Shown piece after piece: positions 63,109-64,000 of a stretch of DNA of 64,000 nt (position 1 is the stretch's first letter; every line of letters starts with the position of its first letter). The notes below the pieces were generated by a model. The model worked only from the letters and a program-made list of their open reading frames with translations. It was not told the DNA's origin and did not search any database. This DNA comes from Lingula anatina (taxonomy: Eukaryota > Animalia > Brachiopoda). The translations under genes and the position numbers were made by a program. The stretch spans positions 25,982,848-26,046,847 of the forward strand of contig CM120643.1 of NCBI GenBank assembly GCA_051362555.1. Direction: 5' to 3'.

Positions 63109-64000
63109 GTGTCTTTCATTAATCTTTATATGCGGAGGGTTAAAGTGTGCATGCGGCCTGTGTTTCTGTGGAAAAATAACGTGTAGAGAGCTGCTCTGTT
63201 GGGTGTCATATATTACTAGCGCTTACGGTATAGTCAAACATACATGTACTGTTACGTGATACATTTGCGGTTTTATTCGTACAGCCTTATCACGTTTCTT
63301 CTTAGTCTCAAATTCTTATTACGCTGGGGTAACTTTGTACCACTTTAATCCAAAAGAGTGTGCTTGTGAAAAACCTTAGCCGGGGACGCGTGGGCGCGAA
63401 AGTTTAAGACGCATGCCCGTTATCTTTAGGATTACTCACCAATTTACTGTAGAACACATTTGATAATTCTCAATTCCTTGATGCCTCGAAGAGAAGATAA
63501 AATTGACCATTTTATAACCTTGCAGTGTTTTGGAGTCATGTCAGTCATGTCTGAAAGACAGGGTTGTTTCCAAGGCGCCAAAATCATTATAAAATACAAA
63601 ATGAGACACCAGAACCGAAAATTATAAAACAATTATTCCGCACGAATGTCAAGAAATGTCTTTGACAATTCAACTTCGAATTTCTAGAAATTGTCAATGA
63701 CGCCAGGAAATTTGATATAAGTCTATGCGACTTCCACGCTTTTAACGCGCCACTCCCACGGGAGACACACGTACCTTCAATTCGTTTTGGGATTATTTAA
63801 AGGACTGACATTTCTCACGTCGTAATCTAACGCGGTAGGGTCACGCCATTTTGTTACGTTGTTTCACTCCGATTGCTGGATCATCTATCGTTAAATACCA
63901 CTTGCACGCCCTCTGGTGGTTTCATATTCAGGAACTAATGGAGTTGGATGAAAGATGATATCAATAAATGAGGACTGCACATTCTGTACATAACGGCCAA

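Overview
AT-rich, intron-containing animal DNA. The repeat inventory (Helentron-type HINEs, Harbinger/ISL2EU, hAT, Tc1, L2/CR1 LINE, abundant TACATGTA) suggests a marine invertebrate, possibly a lophotrochozoan, but this is inference. Only two host genes are well supported: a convergent pair of paralogous, atypical rhodopsin-family (class A) GPCRs with an intron at the same position and phase. Gene A (+, <1-416 and 10423-10944) is 5'-partial. Gene B (-, about 24164-22716 and 22056-21529) appears complete and carries a roughly 350-aa N-terminal ectodomain apparently built from three 4-cysteine repeats that I do not recognise. The intron is 659 bp in gene B but 10,006 bp in gene A, where about 9.55 kb is a single nest of at least seven DNA transposons, three of them CWG-targeting Harbingers nested one inside the next. 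The stop codon of gene B appears to have been remodelled twice by transposons. The rest of the window is mostly MITEs, decayed transposons and microsatellites, with no confidently identifiable host gene beyond about 24.3 kb. All coordinates were read by eye and may be off by a few bases.
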